NCBI RefSeq assembly: GCF_000143415.4
Contig: NW_003314340.1
Span: 62,001-126,000 of the forward strand
Reading direction: 5' to 3'
DNA from: Selaginella moellendorffii
Lineage: Eukaryota; Plantae; Lycopodiophyta
DNA: 64,000 nt
In this document: piece after piece, positions 23,506 to 36,558 of the stretch
How positions within the stretch are numbered: the first letter of the stretch is position 1
Layout of the letters: each line of letters begins with the position of its first letter
Position numbers and translations under genes: made by a program
Notes under the pieces: generated by a model
The model's input: the letters and a program-made list of their open reading frames with translations, nothing else
What the model was told of the DNA's origin: nothing
The model's database searches: none

Positions 23506-24330
23506 ATGGAGAAGATCGATGCGGCCGTCAGGAGGATGGCCTCCAAGCCCGCGGCCGTGGCCACATTCACGCTCCTCACGGCGCTGCTGCCCTGGATCAT
23601 CACATTCACGCCCCCGCTGCTGAGATCTCTCGAGGTTGGTTTCGCGACCGAGGCGTGGCGCCTGGTGGTGGCGTGGCTCACCACTCCCGTGCTCTTCGTG
23701 CTCGTCAATTTCGTCATCCTCTCCATCTGGGCGACCTCGTCTGGGGGCCTGGCGGAGGGAGGAGGAGGAGGAGGAGCGCTAGCCGGAGGAGGAGCGGGAG
23801 ATCTCCTCGCCGTCGCCACCGCCGCTCCTCCTCCGCCAACCAAGCGCAAGCTCGAGACCACCCAGACGCTCGTCTTCCTCCCGCCAGTCTCGGTGGGCAA
23901 GCCGGATCCACAGATCTCGGTGTTCTCGCGGATAATGCCCCCTCCATCCTCCGTGAAGGAGATCTTCGATCCAGAGCCAGCGCGCGAGTCCCCTCCAGCG
24001 GCAGCGCTGGAGGAGAAAGGAGGAGACGATGAAGTAGCTGCCCCCGGTGGAGCAGCGGCGCCACCTCCAGCGCCAGCGCCGGCACCCATTGGAATCCTTC
24101 CACCACCTCTGCCGAGCTTCCTAGTCGCGCACCGGGAGAAGCTCAAGAAATCTTCCTCGGCGGGGACAGGGGCGACGAGGAAGAAGAAGGTCGTGAGGAC
24201 GCGGTCGGACAAGAGTGGAGTGGTGATCAAGGATCTGGGGTTTGGGGATTCCAGAGACGTCCCGGACGATCTCACGCAGAGGGTGGAGTCTCTAATTGCG
24301 AGCGTTCGTGCGCAGTTGAGGCAAGAGTAG
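23506..24330 (+). CDS. DUF4408/DUF761 (cotton-fibre-expressed / pathogen-induced A70-like) protein
   Basis: WLTTPVLFVLVNFVILSI and C-terminal DDLTQRVESLIASVRAQLRQE; G-boxes (CACGTG) upstream at ~23192 and ~23261. Confidence 0.75.
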   Translation: MEKIDAAVRRMASKPAAVATFTLLTALLPWIITFTPPLLRSLEVGFATEAWRLVVAWLTTPVLFVLVNFVILSIWATSSGGLAEGGGGGGALAGGGAGDLLAVATAAPPPPTKRKLETTQTLVFLPPVSVGKPDPQISVFSRIMPPPSSVKEIFDPEPARESPPAAALEEKGGDDEVAAPGGAAAPPPAPAPAPIGILPPPLPSFLVAHREKLKKSSSAGTGATRKKKVVRTRSDKSGVVIKDLGFGDSRDVPDDLTQRVESLIASVRAQLRQE

Positions 24331-27300
24331 CGGCTGGCTGGCTGGCGGTGGCGATCGAGAGAACGAGCGAGCGACCGAGCACTCTTCTCCCTCTCTCTCT
24401 CTCTCCCCTCTCTTTTACTCTTCCTTGTTCTTCGTTTCGTCCTCCATGGATCTACGATGAGACTACTCCACCAGCATTATCGTCGCCAACACCACCACCA
24501 CCACCACTTAGACGGGAATGAATCCAAAATGGTCTGACTGGGAAGAAGGGGAGGGGTTGTTTTTTTACTCCTATCGCCGCCACCATTGGAGCTCTTCTCT
24601 TCTCCTCCGCCATAGCTGCTGTACAGGGAAAGAGATGGATTGGGTTGCATCCATTGGCACTTGTTCGCGAGAGGTATGAGCGAGCTTATCTAAATTTCTG
24701 GTTTAGAGCTCTCTGGATTGGATTGGATTGGACGGCAACTTCACACCGCACTGCACGCTGCTGCTCTGCTGCTGCTCCTCGCGCCCCGCACTGGCCGCTG
24801 TTCACTGCTGCAAGGAGAGAGAAAGAGGAAAGAGGAGAGGAGGAAAAAAAAATGGCTAGAAAAGAAAGGGAAGTTTTGATGAGAAAGATAGGGAAGTGGA
24901 TCACCCATCCATCCATCGCTGGCTCCTCCCATCAATCCACGCTTTGTGTGAGTGAAGTGAAGTGAGTTCTCTCTTTCCAAAGTTTTGATCCCTCGCACGC
25001 ACGCATGCTGGCTCGCTCGCTCGCTCGCTCGATCGAAGAGTTGGTCCATCTTTTCCATTGTCCTTAGTCTCTTCTAGCTCAGTGTTTCCTTCTTTTCCTT
25101 CTCTTTTTCTTTCTGTACGGGGCTTGTACAGAGTTCTAGTGATTGATCGGATCCTCTTCTCTCGGAGGTGAGGAATAACGTGTGCATTGCTAGAAGAAAG
25201 ACGAGGTTTGTAATCAAGCTACCACTGCTCAATGAGAAGAGAACGATCGATCGGTCACTTGATCGTCGACACATAGCAGATATAAATCTCGCCTTGGACC
25301 TTTGATATCCGGATGAAGTTGTGCTGTTCCAATCTCTCTCCCCCTCAGGTGGTCTCTTTCGCGCCGTCCTGGATTTCTTGCGCGGCTGGCCCCTCCTTGT
25401 TGGGCGATTGACGACGAAACTTTGCTCGGCTCTCTACTGTGGACGAGTCTTTTTCTAGACGTAGCTAGCGCGAGAATCGTCCACGGGTCAGTTGGGTGTT
25501 CTTGTCAAAGGTGGTATTTTCATGTGCACAGCACACACCAAAAAAAAAAAAAATGATTGGATCAGCACCACGGAACCATGGGGACTTTGATCTCTAACTG
25601 GCCTAGCTATGAGTCAATCCTCTACAAAAACACACACAAACCACACACTGCCGTGCAATGGCCCAAAAGAGCAAGCAATGGTACGGTGCTCTAGTTCCAC
25701 TGTTCTCTTTGTGTTGGGAGGAAGACAGCTAGAAAGCCTCACTCACGGTTTGTGTCAGCTAGTTAGGTGCGACACCTTGTTTTTCCAGACCAAAGTTTCT
25801 GCGCTTCTAGAATCCGGAGACCAAAGTTTTCCAGGAACTATTAAGCCCGCTCGCTCCAAAGTTTCCTTCGCTCTTTTTGTTGTTGGATCGACCGTGTACT
25901 AGGTACTGCTCCACCGAGCTCGATTCATCAATCTACACGCAAAGCCTCCAAAGCCCACCAATTTTCCACGGCCGCCATCTTTTTCTCTCTCGAAAGAAAA
26001 CCTGTCGTGCTTGATCCCTTCTCGCTCTCTCTCGGTGTTCGTTTCGTCTGCGATCAAGTGGACCACTTGGAAAGTCCCGAGAGAGGGGATGGAGATGGTC
26101 CCGTCCATGCCAAAGTAGACTTTGGTCCAGCACTTGGAAGACAGGGGGAAAGCTTTGTTTAATGGCGCTCTCAATCTCATCTCTCGCGGGGCTTTGGTAC
26201 GTGGCTCGGCGATCCTTGCAAGCTGTGAGGAAGATTTTTTTGCAAACTCCAATGGAGCAGGTCGTGTGGACAAGCTCGAGCTTGTTGTAGCTCTGTAGGA
26301 TCTGTGGAGCTACTAGGAAAAACTTAGAGCCGGGAACCAACAAAAGAATCGCACGCGTCGTCTCGTTTCCCTTGTTTGTTCCCCGCTTTTCTGTCTTGCT
26401 TTTTTTTGCGAGCCGAGCTTTCTTTTCGTCCAGCTGAGCCTGGGCTTGGTCAGCTTGAATTCCGTGCTGATTGATGGCCCCCCTTTTGCTGCTGCAAGAG
26501 CACAGAGCTAGCCATGGAAGACTTTGAAACTTTGGATTCATCCTCTTCCTTCCTCTCGGCCTGGCTTTCTTGTAGGAGTGAGCGATGCTCGCGCTGTGAA
26601 TGCACGTTTTGGACAGTGACTGGGTTTTTCCATCCCAGGAGTTATCAATCTCTTTGGACTTGTTATACTTACGAAATCATTGCTGGGCTGGCTGTGATCG
26701 CTGTCTCACCACCATTCTTTTGTTAGTACATTGCTTTACTTTTCCACTAGAAAAGTGCTCCTGTTTCGTCGATTGATCTTCGATCTCTCTCGCTGCTGCT
26801 GCTGTCGTCAACGATGATCATGCCGCCTTGCTGGGATTGAGAAAATAAAGGAGTAAACAATGAACTCACTCAGGATCGAATGGAGCAAACTTAATCTGAT
26901 CACCACCATCATTGCTGATGTTTGCTAGAGCAAGGATCACCCCAGGCTTGCGGACAGTGGAATTTCTATACTATGGTTCTTACAGATCTGGACAAACAGG
27001 TAAGTTCCTTGTCCGGACTGATCACCAAAGCTCTGATCGGTACTTACACATTACTACCAAAAGAAAAAAAAAAGTTTTTGCATTGTTTTCTTCCTCCAAC
27101 GGATAAGTCCGATCGAAAAGGATGTTTCGCGCAGGAGATCCCATCACAGTCGATCCTTACTCACGGTGGTTTAGATTTATAGACGATCCTAAAGACCCCA
27201 AAATTTCGGGAATTCAATACGGCAACGGGCAATTAGGATCATGAAAATTCACATGGTTTTTTTGGTGATATGAAAGCTGCTAGCTCGTCAGGAAATTGTG

Positions 27301-30054
27301 CGACACGTCAAAGAGAATGCGCTGCTTTCTTTCCAGGACTACAACCAAGCTCCCAGACGAAATGAGCTGCAAAGAATTTAAAGAGGGTGCTGATCCAGAA
27401 AAGGTCGCACGGCCATCTGGATTTTTCCACCTTGGAGCTTTACGAGACGTAAAGCACTTCAGATGCAAGGAAAGTTCGCTGGACAAGTTCTCTTCCATCT
27501 ATGGCGCCATTTCGAAGCTTGAGAACAGATTCTGAGAAGATCAATATGGTAAGCTGGAAATGTTTTTCTTGCTCTTGTAAATTCGTAAGCCATGACGAGG
27601 ATATATATGTGGGATGCATTCAATTCTCGCTCCTGCTGAAACTCTACTAATTCCGGAGAATAAATTTACAACACATAGCATTAAACCTTGATTACAAAAC
27701 GTTAACTGTAGAATATACGTGGATATTTTAAAAATAAAACATTTTGCCAGATTCCACAAATGCCCAAATCGTCTGGTTGCGCTTCAAGAAGGCTTGCTTG
27801 GGATCTTGTCAGGAAAGCTAACGGTTGTTTAAGAGCTAGAGAGCCCAGTTCAGAGAGGGCTTTAGGGACCAGACAATTTTGGTGCCTTCAGGTGATAATA
27901 GACAAAGGTGACGACAATGACTGGAAAGCATTGTCATAATCAATTCTTGCAAGTGCCTCCACCAGCATTGCCATTGCGACCACCACCATCACCACCACCA
28001 CCACTAGAAAAATTCGCATGGTCTTCCTGCCAACGTGAGCAATGTGTTGTGCTTGGATTCGGACTCAGATGGATCGGTCCCCATTGCAGGCACACATAGC
28101 GACTCCACACTTCCAGTGGATGATCCTGAGAAAAAAGTTGTTGCAAGAGAAGAAGCAGAACGCGCTTCCAGAAAGCATGTCAGGAAGCGTAGGAGGAGCC
28201 CCGCCACAGATCAAAGGCCTTTAATCATCCACTAGAATAATTGTCAGGTTGCGAGGTGTAGGAGGTGGGAGAAGGTGATGTCTGGGAGCAGAGCTGCTCA
28301 AAAACCGGGAAGCGTCTTGGAATGGCTACTTAGGTATGCGACATTGAATCTAGTGTCCCAAAGGATTAGGTTTGCTTTCCGAAGAAAAGAATTCTCTTTT
28401 CAAGGTTGGATCGTCTATGTTAAAGATTATAACATTAACTTTTTGCTTGTTTTAAAGAGGGTGAAGTGGCAGGATCAGGAGATAGAGCATCTTACTGCTA
28501 GCACTGAAGGTACCGGGATCAGTTGGGAGCGCTGGTGTTTGCATCAAGTTGAGATCTTGTGTCTTCCGAAGAGGAGAGCATTGGCGGCTAGGGTCATTAT
28601 GCTTGTGTGTAAAATCTTGTACCTTGCTTCAGTAAGAGCTCTCCCCTTGAGCATTTTTTTCCGCAATGGTGATGCTTGTGAGTAGCTGGTACCTTCCCTC
28701 AGGATAGCTGGAGCTCGAATGATTAGGCTCGGAGAAGAGCGGATAGCCCGGGTCAAGAGGATGTCCTTGGGGATGGTATAGAGCGAGTGAAATCCAGGTG
28801 CAAAACTTTTAAAGCTATTGATGTAGCACTCGAGATTGGCACCTTTCGTATGAGCTCCAGCAGCAATCCATACTTGAGGCTGCTGTCGGCACCATTGCAT
28901 AGGTGGCCGTGAATGCAACTTTGTCAACTGGGACACCTCATTAGCCAAAAAAGCTTTGCTCCGATGCCACTGTATGTAGAAGGATATCATGAGCCCAAGC
29001 AATGTCATCGTATTTGTGCCTCTTCAAGGTTGCCACACTTGCCATACACTGCATCATCTGTTTCCAGACCTCACACAGTGACCGTAGCATGAACTTGTCG
29101 AGTTTGCTCATGCTGTAGGCATAGTTCTTCACAGATGATGTAGCCGACTTCCTTCTCCTCTTTTGGCCAAGAGGGAGCTCCGGGTCGGCTAGCCGGCTGC
29201 CAGGGGGCAATACAGCTCTATGGATTGGAGCCCCTAGAAAGAAAGCCAAGAGTACAAGCTGGCACAATGATTCTCAGGCAGCAATGATTCAAATCTTCTT
29301 TGAGATACTCCTGACCAAATGTTCATGAGGTTTTGCAAGTCTGTGCTGGTGAGGCCTGGCATTCTTCTCAAAGGTGAAATCACCAGAGATTTTCCTTTAG
29401 AAAATTGAAAAACAAAACTTACAAGCTGGCAACGAGGATGCTTGTCATCCTGTAGCCTTAGCCTGGCTATGAGCTTCCTCCTAGAAATTAAGCTGGCAAA
29501 GATGGTTCAACTTTGAGATCACTCAGTAGTGGCTAGCATTGTTGATTTGTATTCTTTTTATTATTTGTATAGGATTGATCAATGCTACCTGTTGCATTAT
29601 TTGTGTATGGTACCTATGCAGATTACAAAATTTAGCATGGATGACAATGTGCCATGTGGCAGTATGCATACAAAACTGTAGAATTTGATCAAGGCACTGA
29701 TCATCAAATGAGTTCCACAAAGGATCTTGGACTGCTTAAAACCATATCTTATTTTAAAACAAAATTTATTTATTAAAATTAGATTCTTGTCAAAACTGTA
29801 CTTGAAGGTTATAATGTAAAAGTTACATTAAAAAGAAACCAAGCGTTGCTGCAATGTGCAGCAATTTATTGAAATTAATTCATTCTTTTTTATCATATTT
29901 AATATAAGGCATATAAATATATTTAACGGTAGTTAGTGAGAATAGATATTTTTAATTTATATAGGAATATTTAACATATCCTTGTAACATTTTTCAGTTG
30001 ATTTCCTTAAGAATATACCTTTCGGCTGATCTGAATCTAGGGCTCTTGAGTGAA

Positions 30055-32129
30055 ATGCCACTGGCGCTCTCCACATTTCAGCCCAGGGCGAGTCCCCATC
30101 CCCGCAGGAGCGATGGCGAGTTGGAGCTATCAATGGATGCGCTTGGGCGGCAGCTGCGCCTCCAAGATCGCAGCCGCAGCGTGGATCCATTGCAGGGTCT
30201 GGGGCGGCTGGACAGGGCGATGCAGCAGCTGGAGAGCCAGGAGAATCCCTTCGACGATCTCTTCGCCGAGTACGCGGGCGTGCTCCGCCGCTGCGGCGAT
30301 TGCAAGGCCCTGGCGGAGACACGGCGCGTCCACTCCCACCTCCTCTCCCACCCCCGCCTCCGCGACTCGCGAATCCTCTTCTCCATGCTCATCGAGGCCT
30401 ACGGCAAATGTGGCAGCCTTCGCGAGGCACGCAGCGTCTTCGATTCCATGCCCTGCCACACGGGATTCTCGTGGAACTTCCTCATCAAGGCGTGCATCCA
30501 CTGCGGCCAGTGCCGCGACGCCATCGCCGTGTTCCGGAGGATGATCCAGCAGGGGCAGCGCCCAAATCGCGTGGGGTTCTTGGTGGCGATGGAGGCGTGC
30601 TCGTGCTTGGAGGGGCTCGCGGAGGGGAAGGAGATCCACGCGATCGTTGTGGCGGCGGGGCTCGAGGGCGAGCCAAATCTCGCTACTTCGCTTCTCAACA
30701 TGTATGGGAGGTGCCGGAGCATTGGTGACGCGAAGAGTTTGTTTGATCGGATGGAGGAGAGGGACGTGGTCGCCTGGAATGCCATGCTTGCGGCATTTGC
30801 CCGCAATGGGCATTGCAAGGAAGCACTGCGATTCTATCACAGGTTTGTTTCCTTTTCCTTCTCCTTGATCCTCTTCGTTCTCTCTCATTTTCATTTCTTC
30901 CTCCTCGATCCTCTTCGTTCTCAGCAACTTTTCTTCCTCCTCAGATCATGTTTTCTGACGATCTCGACTGGTCTAGGATGTGCTTGGAAGGAACCAGACC
31001 AAGCGCCGTCACCTTCGTCTCGGTCCTTGATGCCTGTGCCGCCATTGCCGCCATCTCCCAAGGCCGGATCATCCACGCACACCTCCTCGAGGCCGAGATG
31101 GAGTCGGACGTGATCGTCGGCACCGCGCTTCTCAGCATGTATGGCAAATGCGGCAAGCTCGTCGAGGCCCGCGAGTTCTTCGACGGCATGAAGCAACGCA
31201 ACGTCGTCACCTGGACCGCCATGATCGCGTCCTATGCCCAGCACGGCCATGGCGCCATAGCTCTCGACTTCCACCTCGACATGGAGCTCGAGGGCATCCG
31301 TCCAAACGGCGTCACCTTCATGGGCATTCTCTTTGCTTGCGGCCACACGGGGAAGCTCGAGCTAGCGAGGTACTACTTCCTGGTGATGCGTGGAGACCAC
31401 GGGATCCGGCCTTTGAACGAGCACTTTCGATGCATGGTGGATCTTCTGGGACGAGCAGGGAAGATAGACGAGGCCGAGGAGCTCATCACCTCCATGCCGC
31501 CATCGCCAAGCGTCGTGGTGGCCTGGACGAGCTTCCTCGGCGCGTGCCTGGTCCATAACCGGCAGGAGCAAGGCGAGCGCGCGGCTGCCAGGATCATGGA
31601 TCTGGATCCCGAGCTCTCGACGTCCTACGCGGTGGTGTCAAACATCTACGCCGCGGCCGGGAAGTGGAAGGAGAAGGCCCGGATCCGGAAGCTCATGGAG
31701 TCGAGGGGCGTGAAGAAGGAGACGGGGCTGAGCGTGATCGAGGTCCACGGCAGAGTCCACGAGTTTAGATGCGGGGATCGATCGCACTCCAAGTCGGAGG
31801 CCATCTACGCGGAGCTGGAAAGGTTGAATCGCGAGATGAAGAGTCTTGGATACGTCCCGGACACGAAGGTGGTGCTCCACAACGTAGACGAGGCCAGGAA
31901 GGAGAAGCTCCTTTGGTACCACAGCGAGAGGCTGGCCATCGCGTATGGGATCATCTCCACACCCCCAGGGAGCTCACTCTGCGTGATCAAGAACTTGAGA
32001 GTTTGCTCCGACTGCCATGCCGCCACCAAGCTGATGTCCAAAGTCTGTGGGCGAGAGATTGTTGTCCGGGACGTGAATCGGTTTCACAGGTTTCACGACG
32101 GGAGCTGCTCTTGCGGGGATTACTGGTGA
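30055..32129 (+). CDS. DYW-class PPR RNA-editing factor, one intron (~30843-30977)
   Basis: PLS repeats, E domains, HSERLA, CSDCH and the C-terminal CSCGDYW. Splice CACAG|gt...ag|GATG joins the two ORFs. Confidence 0.93.
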
Positions 32130-32439
32130 GATCTGAGCTCTCTTGTAAGTTTCTGAAAAATGTGTAAAATATAGAATTATTTTTTATTCCAGCACCATCA
32201 CCCAACTGACCACTTCATTGCAAGCTCCTGGAGCAGTTCCCCAACTCCATGTCAATCAACATGAGAACTCAAGCACACTGCCCAGTCGAAGTCTAGGAAA
32301 CACGGCTGCCCTGATATTGTTTACACGGGCTGCAAGGCTTGGAGCTTCATTAGAGCGTCCCAAACTGCAGCCCGGATTGTCTCTCTCTCAGCACCACCAT
32401 GCATCATCCCCAGCTTCCCAGGCTGCTTGTCGCAGGATA

Positions 32440-33620
32440 CCGGCTACGACTAGTAAGTTTTCAATTGAACAACAGCCATGGAGGCGGCCTGGCCGTTATT
32501 CCTGGCAAGTTCTGTGGTGTACCAAGCCCGAGCTACGACGTCGCCAGCCTGGAGCGGATTGAGAGAGCTTTGAACCAAAATCTTTTCAAGGACATGAGAG
32601 CGGAACGTGGTCTGCCGTTTGCATTTGGAGCCCGAGCATTTGCAACTTTTATCGACACTTTCAACTCCGAGGTGTCCTTCGAGGCAGAATTGTTCGCTTC
32701 AGCCATGGAGCTTCGTGACCGCATGCAGGAGTTCTATCGGACGAGAGAATGTCACCGAGAAGCATTCGTTGACTTGACTATAAGATCTACAAGGTCGTTG
32801 ATAACCAGGAGCTCGAGGCAGTGTCTCGGGAAAAGATGGCGGGATCACTGCAGCGTGAGGAGTGCTCCTGATGTCCAGGTGAAAGCTACACTACAGGGTA
32901 CACCGGTGACTCCTGCATGGTGAAACCAGAGATGGGATTCAACGGCGAGGCAGTTTTGGAGGCCCTCTTTCATTATGCGAACGATGCTGCACAGAGCTCT
33001 GGTGTAAGTCAGCACTACTGCACGGGGTGTCCAGAGAGCTCGTTGGCACCAACAATCGCATTGGCGGGGCTATATATCACGACAAGGCTATTTATCAGCC
33101 ATTGACCCTGCTTGTTTGCTCTAGTTAATTCATTTGCTCTAGGTAATTTCACGCTGTGGATAGAAGCTTACTTTCAGTGCCCGCAGTTGATGCGTCGTCT
33201 TCGTGCGATACAACAAGCTCTGGATGAACTAGTGAAGATGCACACAAGCGCTTTTGCACCAACTGTCTCGAGAAAGCAGCCTTGACTGGCCGTATTCTCT
33301 TAAAGAAAGTTTGGAGAACACAGGGTTGTAAAGTTTTCTCGGGAGTATGGGGGGAACTGGCGGGATAGCACCGGAACTCACGGATGGAAGATGGTGGATA
33401 TGCAGGGCCTGATGGCTGGGAAATGACTGCAACAGCTTGAACAGTTTGGAGAGTGTCTATACTCTTTCCTTCGTCCGTAAACTCTAGAACAAGGCCAGCA
33501 ACACATAAAGAGCTTTCTTTCCTGCGGGCGGCCACTAGGCGACTTGCAAGACCTAGAGTATTCGATCTCGACTTCTCATCTAGAGTTCTAATTGGCTTAC
33601 CACGCGATGGCCACTCCTGA
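32440..33620 (+). pseudogene. Decayed Crinkler-type nuclease-fold + kinase gene
   Basis: Fragments FATFIDTF..ELRDRMQEFY..HREAF, VKPEMGFNGEAVLEALFHY and RVVKFSREYG..IAPEL..GRWW, split by stops and frameshifts; family assignment is from memory. Confidence 0.5.
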
Positions 33621-33949
33621 AATCTTTCGGATCGAGGAAGAAATCCTCGCAAAGCTACGTCGATCAAACCATCTGCGCCGACCTCGAACTGTGCTGCCGG
33701 GCGGTCACTGTGCTCAATCCAAACCTTCGACGCTGTGTATGAACAAAAAATTTCTTCCCAAAAACCCTAACACGAAAATAAACAGGAATTATCTTTGAAT
33801 CCCTGCCATCTTTCCAGCACCGATTGGCATGCGTATGGGTTCATTGTGACTCAGTGATCAAGAACTTTGGAGCTGATTGAGCGAGAGATTTCCCTTCCTG
33901 GTTCAAGAACTTACATATGCATTCTAGCCCTAGGTTATCTCGAAAGAAA

Positions 33950-34800
33950 ATGGGTTCCTTGGTCAGCAAAGAAGAAGATTGTTTGAAGAAGCGCAAGCTC
34001 ATCTTGGTGCTTTCTCTCGACCACACACTCTTGAATTCGGCAGCTTTTAACGAGGTTGATAAGGAGGAAAGTAAGTACTTGGAATTTCTGTACGCTCAGC
34101 AAAATGAAGGTCAACGCAAGCTTCTTCACAAGGGTTTTAAGAAATGGACCAAGATTCGGCCTTTTGCACTGGAATTCCTCAATCATGCTAGTAAGATCTT
34201 CGAATTGTACATATGCACCACTGGATCACATAAATATGCGATGGCCATGACCAAGCTGCTAGATCCAACGGGAAAGCTGTTCAAGGGTCGGGTTTTTTCC
34301 AGATTGGAGGGCCAGGGGAAGCCCAAGAAGTACTTGGAAAATGTTGTTCCAAGGAAGGAATCAATCACTTTGATCGTGGACGACAGTCGAAGCGCGTGGC
34401 CGAAGGACCGCCAAAACTTGATCCGTGTCACTAATCGTTACCACTTCTTTAAGTCCAGCTGTCGCAAGCGTGGTTTGCCGGAGACGGGTTGCTGTACCTT
34501 TTGGCGGATGGACGAAAGCGAAAACTTTGGCTCTCTGACCAATGTGCTCCAAGGATTAAAACGGATCCACAGTGAGTTCTTCCGGGATAATCTTCTCCCG
34601 AGGGACGTCCGGGACGTAGTGAGAGAGCTGGATGACGGACACTGGCGTGCTCCCCTCTTTAGTTTCGAAGCCAAGAGCAGGGAGCTGAATTCATGCATTA
34701 GTATGGCAACACACGTTGTGAAGTGGGACACTGCGGAAACCAAAAAAGTGCAAAGTTCGTGGTCTAGCGTTCATGGATGCAAGCTTCGTGCTATCGATTG
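33950..34800 (+). CDS. RNA Pol II CTD phosphatase-like (FCP1/CPL4-like NIF domain), catalytic Asp missing, C-terminus degenerate
   Basis: KLILVLSLDHTLLNS, TKIRPF..EFL, YICTTG..YA..M.KLLDP, LIVDDS..AWP, RYHFF. The BRCT region appears eroded and the true end is uncertain. Confidence 0.75.
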
Positions 34801-34872
34801 GGTCGCGCAAACGAGGCTGACCATCTATAATTTTATTGTGAAGTACTCAACTATCATAGCGGGCATTTTGGG

Positions 34873-36558
34873 TCATGGATTTACACGACGGCAGTGCTTC
34901 CGGATCTCACCCTCGCCAGGAGCTTTCAAACCCACCCTGCTGAGCTTGATCATGGCCTTGGCGAAGGCGCGGAAGAACATGGACGAATCGGCGGCGTACG
35001 CTCGCACCAACCCCGCGGTGGAGGCGTCGAAGAGGAGCTGCTGATCGGTCTGGAGGAGCCCATTGCTGGCCAGGAGCTGGACGTAGTAGCTGTTGTCAAA
35101 CAGGACCTGGGTCTGGCGATCCAGGCTCACCGTGAAGGTGGTATTCCCAACCCTGGGGCAAATCTTTTGGAGCGAGTCCAGCAGCGAGAGGTTGAGCGTG
35201 GGATCTGGCGCGTTTGTTGCGGAGAAGTTGTAGAGGCGGTCCTCAAAGGCGGGGCAGTGTGCTCGACCGATAGTGTGCGCGCCTGTGAAAGAACTTTACA
35301 ATCTTTAGCAAATGCCGAAACTAGGCAAACGCTGTATAATTAAAGAGGAAATGTTTTACTAGCCTGAGAGGGTGACGACGTCGTGGGTGTTGAGGCCCTT
35401 GGCGAGAAATGCCTTTCTCAAGTCCCGGATTCGGAGATCCGGTGGTGGAATCTCATTATCGGCTTCCGTCGCCAGCGAGACTCGCCCGTCCAGACGTCCC
35501 GTCGGGACACTCCAGCGAGGTCCTCCACTCTGCTCTAACCCGGAAGGCATTTCGTGTCACTAAAAGGAGATGGAAAGTTTCTTTTCTATCAGGACTTACG
35601 ATCCAAACGGCGTCTCGAGCAGCCAGTGCGAGGATGTCCGAGCACGACACGACTCCCGGGCACATCCGCTCCAAGCGCTTCTTGGCGTCGTCAATCACCC
35701 GGAAGCCAGTGATGGAGTTGTTGTTCACGTCGCTCTCCTTTTCAGGGATGGGTCCGCCGGGTTTTCGATCCAGCAGCACCGATCCATCACAACCCTGCAT
35801 TGTCGAGTTACAGATCGATCAATCTTTTCCAAAAGTCTCCAACTTACTCGGACAAAGCAGTCATGGAAGAAGAGCCGGAGGATTCCGGCGGCCAGCAGCG
35901 GGTTCCGCCGGAAGCTGTCCACCATGGTCCTCCGGACGACGGATTCCGCTGAAGGGCAGCTCTGGTCATAAAATCCTCTGACCACTTGGTTCTGGTTCTG
36001 AGCTTGTTGTTGATTCTGGTTCTGGTTCTGAACTTGTTGTTGATTCTGGTTCTGGTTCTGAACTTGTTGTTGATTCTGGTTCTGGTTCTGAACTTGTTGT
36101 TGATTCTGGTTCTGGTTCTGAACTTGCGGCTGATTTGGGTTCTGGTTCTGAACCTGCTGTGGAAACTGGTTCGGATTCTGCACCTGCTGCGGAATCTGTT
36201 GCGGAGGTTGATTCGGAATCTGTTGCTGAGACACAACCTGATCGGGCTGCTGAAGTTGCGAGGGGTTTGGATCTGGATACGGGTCTGGATTTGACTCCCG
36301 CCAGTACCGCTCACGATCGTCTCGAAACGCTCCTCCTCGAAATGCACCACCGGACCATGATTGATCATCATCACCATAAAACATTCCCTGTTCTTGGCCA
36401 CCTTGATCATTGTTGGAGTAGAACATTCCTTGCTCTCCTTCGTATTGAGAAGACACCGCCACCCAACATTGCGGGAGGAGAATTACGAGCAGCCACAATG
36501 CGCAAGATCTATGGAAGTACACACCACCACCACCACCACCACCACAGATCAAATGCAT
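34873..36558 (-). CDS. Class III peroxidase with long Q/N-rich N-terminal insertion (4 exons)
   Basis: Signal peptide, low-complexity region, [19 protein letters not shown]|[22 protein letters not shown]|AHTIG, FDNSYY, GEIRKHC. Confidence 0.9.
35988..36150. repeat. Coding 30-bp tandem repeat ([10 protein letters not shown] units)
   Basis: aacttgttgttgattctggttctggttctg repeated about 4 times nearly perfectly, plus degenerate units. Confidence 0.95.

Noticed and set aside
26069-26195. GGAAAGTCCCG ... CGGGGCTTT resembles the RNase MRP P4 helix
   Set aside because: The spacing is too short and the flanking consensus and Pol III promoter are absent.
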